A stretch of DNA of 54,680 nt, taken from Nemertoderma westbladi (Eukaryota > Animalia > Xenacoelomorpha). The stretch is taken from positions 1-54,680 of the forward strand of contig JAUCBJ010006165.1 of assembly GCA_032718475.1 (NCBI GenBank). The letters run 5' to 3'. A program made the position numbers and the translations under genes. Each line of letters opens with the position of its first letter. Position 1 is the stretch's first letter. Positions 52,092-54,680 of this stretch are shown one piece after another. The notes under the pieces were generated by a model that was given only the letters and a program-made list of their open reading frames with translations, was not told where the DNA came from and searched no databases.

Positions 52092-53987
52092 TTGGCAAGG
52101 CACCACCTTACGGGTGAGCGATTGGGAGAGTTCGAAATTGCGGAGAAACTTGTCCGAAAGAGAAAGGCGGAGTTAGGAGGAAAGGAGATACTGGTGGATT
52201 TCACCGAGGGGCATCCGAAAGAAAAGACGAGGGGATACTATGAGCGGTTAGAGAGGGGTCACGAAGCGCGAGCGCTACAGGACCATTTCAGGGAGATGCA
52301 CGAACGGCGACTGGTCGGGACCTACGGGACGCCGTCGCTAGACAACGCAATCTCCGAGCATTTCCACTACGTGGTGAAGGGAGACGAGGCGAAGTTCGGG
52401 ATTCCGAAGTACGCAAAGGAGCCACTGAGAAAAGATTGGAAGAGGTTCGTAGAGTCCATCAGCAGGGGAGGATACATGGTCCTAGACGATGAGGGGACCG
52501 TGGAAGACGAGGAAGGTTCGAGAAGAGGATCGGCTGGGTCGGCCAGAACCATATTCCTACATTTGGCCGTGCCAAATGGGGACATTTTCCTATTCGACCT
52601 GGGAATGTATGGAAAGAAGAACGGGCCGAAGTTGAACCGGTTGCCAAAGGCGGTGCAAACCCTGGTAAGAGAAAAGTCGATGACAAAGGTGGGATCGGCG
52701 ATCCGCGACGACGCGGAGAGAATCATCGGTCCAGACACCCCCAACCTCCTGGACATGCAGACAGTCTACATGGCTATGACAGCACCAGACGGGTTGGGAC
52801 TAGTGGAGAACACAGGCCATTGTGGAGCAGTGGCAATGGGCCAGCTAATGGGGCTTGTGTGTCACAAACCAATGGACTGGGGTAAGTTCAGAGAGGAGTA
52901 CAGAGCGGAGTTAGCAAACTCGCTGAAGTGGGGAGCGAGGCCAGGGAAACAAGAGGTGTATCAATTCCGGAGAGGAGCGATAAAGGTATATCAGAAGCGA
53001 TATATCCTGCAGGAGGACTGGATAATGATGGGTTTGCTAAACCTATTCATGACCGTCATCATCGAGAGAGAACCAACGGCATTCCTGCTATCAGGATCAT
53101 CCCTGAACTACAGAAGAGCCTTCAGGACGGCTTTCGAGGGTCTGGTAGACCACCCGGGGCTGAAGGGCGAGTCAGTATACTATAACTGCCGACATCTAGT
53201 AGACGGGGAGGTGGATACGCCATATCAGAGGTGGGAGCAGCTAGAGGCGGATAGACGAGAGGTGAAGCGATTGGAAGAAATCGCTAGGCGAGAAAGGAGG
53301 GAGGCAGAAGAAAGGGAGGAGGAGGCAAGAAGGGAAAGCTACGGGTTCGAGGAACAGGCGGCCTTAGACGAACTTCGCTGGACATCATCAGGGAGTTCGG
53401 GCGAGTCTCTAGGGCGAGAATTAGGATGGACGGTGGGATCAACGAAACAGTCGACATCGGGATTGCAGACAACGCCCATACCAGCGGGCGCCGAGGGCGA
53501 TTATACACTGAGGAGGCCAGGGGAGCTGGAAGGATGGAGAGTCACGGGCGAGAGCCAAGGCGGGAAGGGACAAAGTGGGTCCACCGGTATACCGGGATTG
53601 GAGCCACTCCCAGAGGAGGACGAGGATGACGACGAGTTCGGAGAGATGCCGCCCATCGAGAGGATCGGCCACTCGGACATGGACTGGGTTGGCGGGAGGG
53701 TGGTGACGGCCAGTGGGGCGAGAGCCTTCTGGGATAGACCCGGCAAGCGGGCCTGGGTGCATGAGGAGCCGGCGATGGATTTCGCGGGGAGCACCATCAG
53801 GTTGGGCGAGCAACCGGGAACGGCACCACGGGTAGTATTCGGAGAGACGATGCCCGGGAGGGGCGAGGAGATAGACGTGGACAGGGACGCTAACATCCAG
53901 GAGTGGGATCTTCGAGGAGTGGGCCGACGACGGCGCCATGACACGGCAGCGTATGAAGGCCCAGGAGTTCCGGTGGGGCTTCTTTAA
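52092..53987 (+). CDS. Retrotransposon-associated ORF with putative DEDDy (WRN/EXD2/Mut-7-like) 3'-5' exonuclease domain, coiled coil and acidic low-complexity tail
   Basis: ExoI-like MVLDDEG, then IFLHLA...IFLFDL, LPKAVQTLV...MTKVGSAIRDD (ExoII-like), LLDMQ, and YQKRYILQED (ExoIII-like). Same purine-rich composition and strand as pol. The start is uncertain (first ATG at 52296), with probable frameshifted continuation to ~54396. Confidence 0.65.
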   Translation: MARHHLTGERLGEFEIAEKLVRKRKAELGGKEILVDFTEGHPKEKTRGYYERLERGHEARALQDHFREMHERRLVGTYGTPSLDNAISEHFHYVVKGDEAKFGIPKYAKEPLRKDWKRFVESISRGGYMVLDDEGTVEDEEGSRRGSAGSARTIFLHLAVPNGDIFLFDLGMYGKKNGPKLNRLPKAVQTLVREKSMTKVGSAIRDDAERIIGPDTPNLLDMQTVYMAMTAPDGLGLVENTGHCGAVAMGQLMGLVCHKPMDWGKFREEYRAELANSLKWGARPGKQEVYQFRRGAIKVYQKRYILQEDWIMMGLLNLFMTVIIEREPTAFLLSGSSLNYRRAFRTAFEGLVDHPGLKGESVYYNCRHLVDGEVDTPYQRWEQLEADRREVKRLEEIARRERREAEEREEEARRESYGFEEQAALDELRWTSSGSSGESLGRELGWTVGSTKQSTSGLQTTPIPAGAEGDYTLRRPGELEGWRVTGESQGGKGQSGSTGIPGLEPLPEEDEDDDEFGEMPPIERIGHSDMDWVGGRVVTASGARAFWDRPGKRAWVHEEPAMDFAGSTIRLGEQPGTAPRVVFGETMPGRGEEIDVDRDANIQEWDLRGVGRRRRHDTAAYEGPGVPVGLL

Positions 53988-54680
53988 TATCAACCAGGAG
54001 GCCCACCTGGAGATTATCAAACAGAGACTTCCGTTTACCTACCAGGAGGTATCAACGGCGTCGTATGCCGGGGTGATAAATACGCAGAGGTATTTGGACA
54101 GGTGGACGCCATAGAACCGAGGATAGTTCAGGGATTTCTTGGCGGAGCATGTGCCGCGGGCGATGAAAGTGATCCTATGGGATGCCACTAGGGGGAAACA
54201 ACAGGGCCATTCGGAGGGGCCACCCGCGAAGCGATACCGGGAGCTGACGGGAATCAGTAGAGAGGTGACGGCGAGGGTCAGGAGTCTGAAGGGAGATAAG
54301 ACCAAGGGAGCGGCAGCGGCCAGGAAACGACCAAGGGAGGAGGAAGACAGAGGGAAGGAGTTGAGGTGGTTCCCAAAGTCAGGTGGAATGAACTAGAACT
54401 TGGATGTGGGATGCCTGGAAGGCACCACGTGAGAAGTACGAACTCCTAAGCGGAACATTTAAATAATTAAAAGTGCAATTAGTATGTACGTATGTAGTTA
54501 TCATTAGTCTAGTTAAAATTAAGCAAATATAATCAAAGTAAGTACTATAGTCATATAACCTTTTCCAATTAGCTACTGGGACTGGGGACCAATTGACTAT
54601 AACAGAACGAGACACTGGACGACTTCACACTTCTTGAGTGCGACGGCACAGAAGGGGAGGGTGAGGCCCGTCGGGAGAGA

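Noticed and set aside
47345-54020. Antisense ORFs over pol and the exonuclease ORF
   Set aside because: Shadow frames of purine-rich coding sequence with no motifs.

Overview
AT-rich animal (invertebrate-like) genomic DNA dominated by tandem repeats and transposon debris. The main host gene is the 3' half of a NEK10 kinase on the minus strand. Eight exons lie between 36646 and 9732, all with GT-AG junctions, and they join into one continuous frame; the upstream exons are not seen in the window. A single-coding-exon carbohydrate 6-O-sulfotransferase (42169-43551, minus) probably sits in a NEK10 intron. Two observations stand out. (1) The ~19 kb 23-bp satellite (17425-36475) is a ~830-fold tandem amplification of NEK10's own exon/intron junction (TACTGCTG|GTAGGTCCAATTAAA), and the next exon's 5' splice site has independently been amplified ~15 times. 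(2) A decayed BEL/Pao LTR retrotransposon pol (47297-51225) is followed on the same strand by a 631-codon ORF whose N-terminal half looks like a WRN/EXD2/Mut-7-type DEDDy 3'-5' exonuclease, preceded by a plausible splice acceptor. The rest is satellites (43, 33, 19 and 33/25 bp), LINE fragments (RTE, CR1/L2-group, CRE-like), SINEs, several MITEs and a Helentron-like element. All family assignments come from motif recognition by eye, not database searches.
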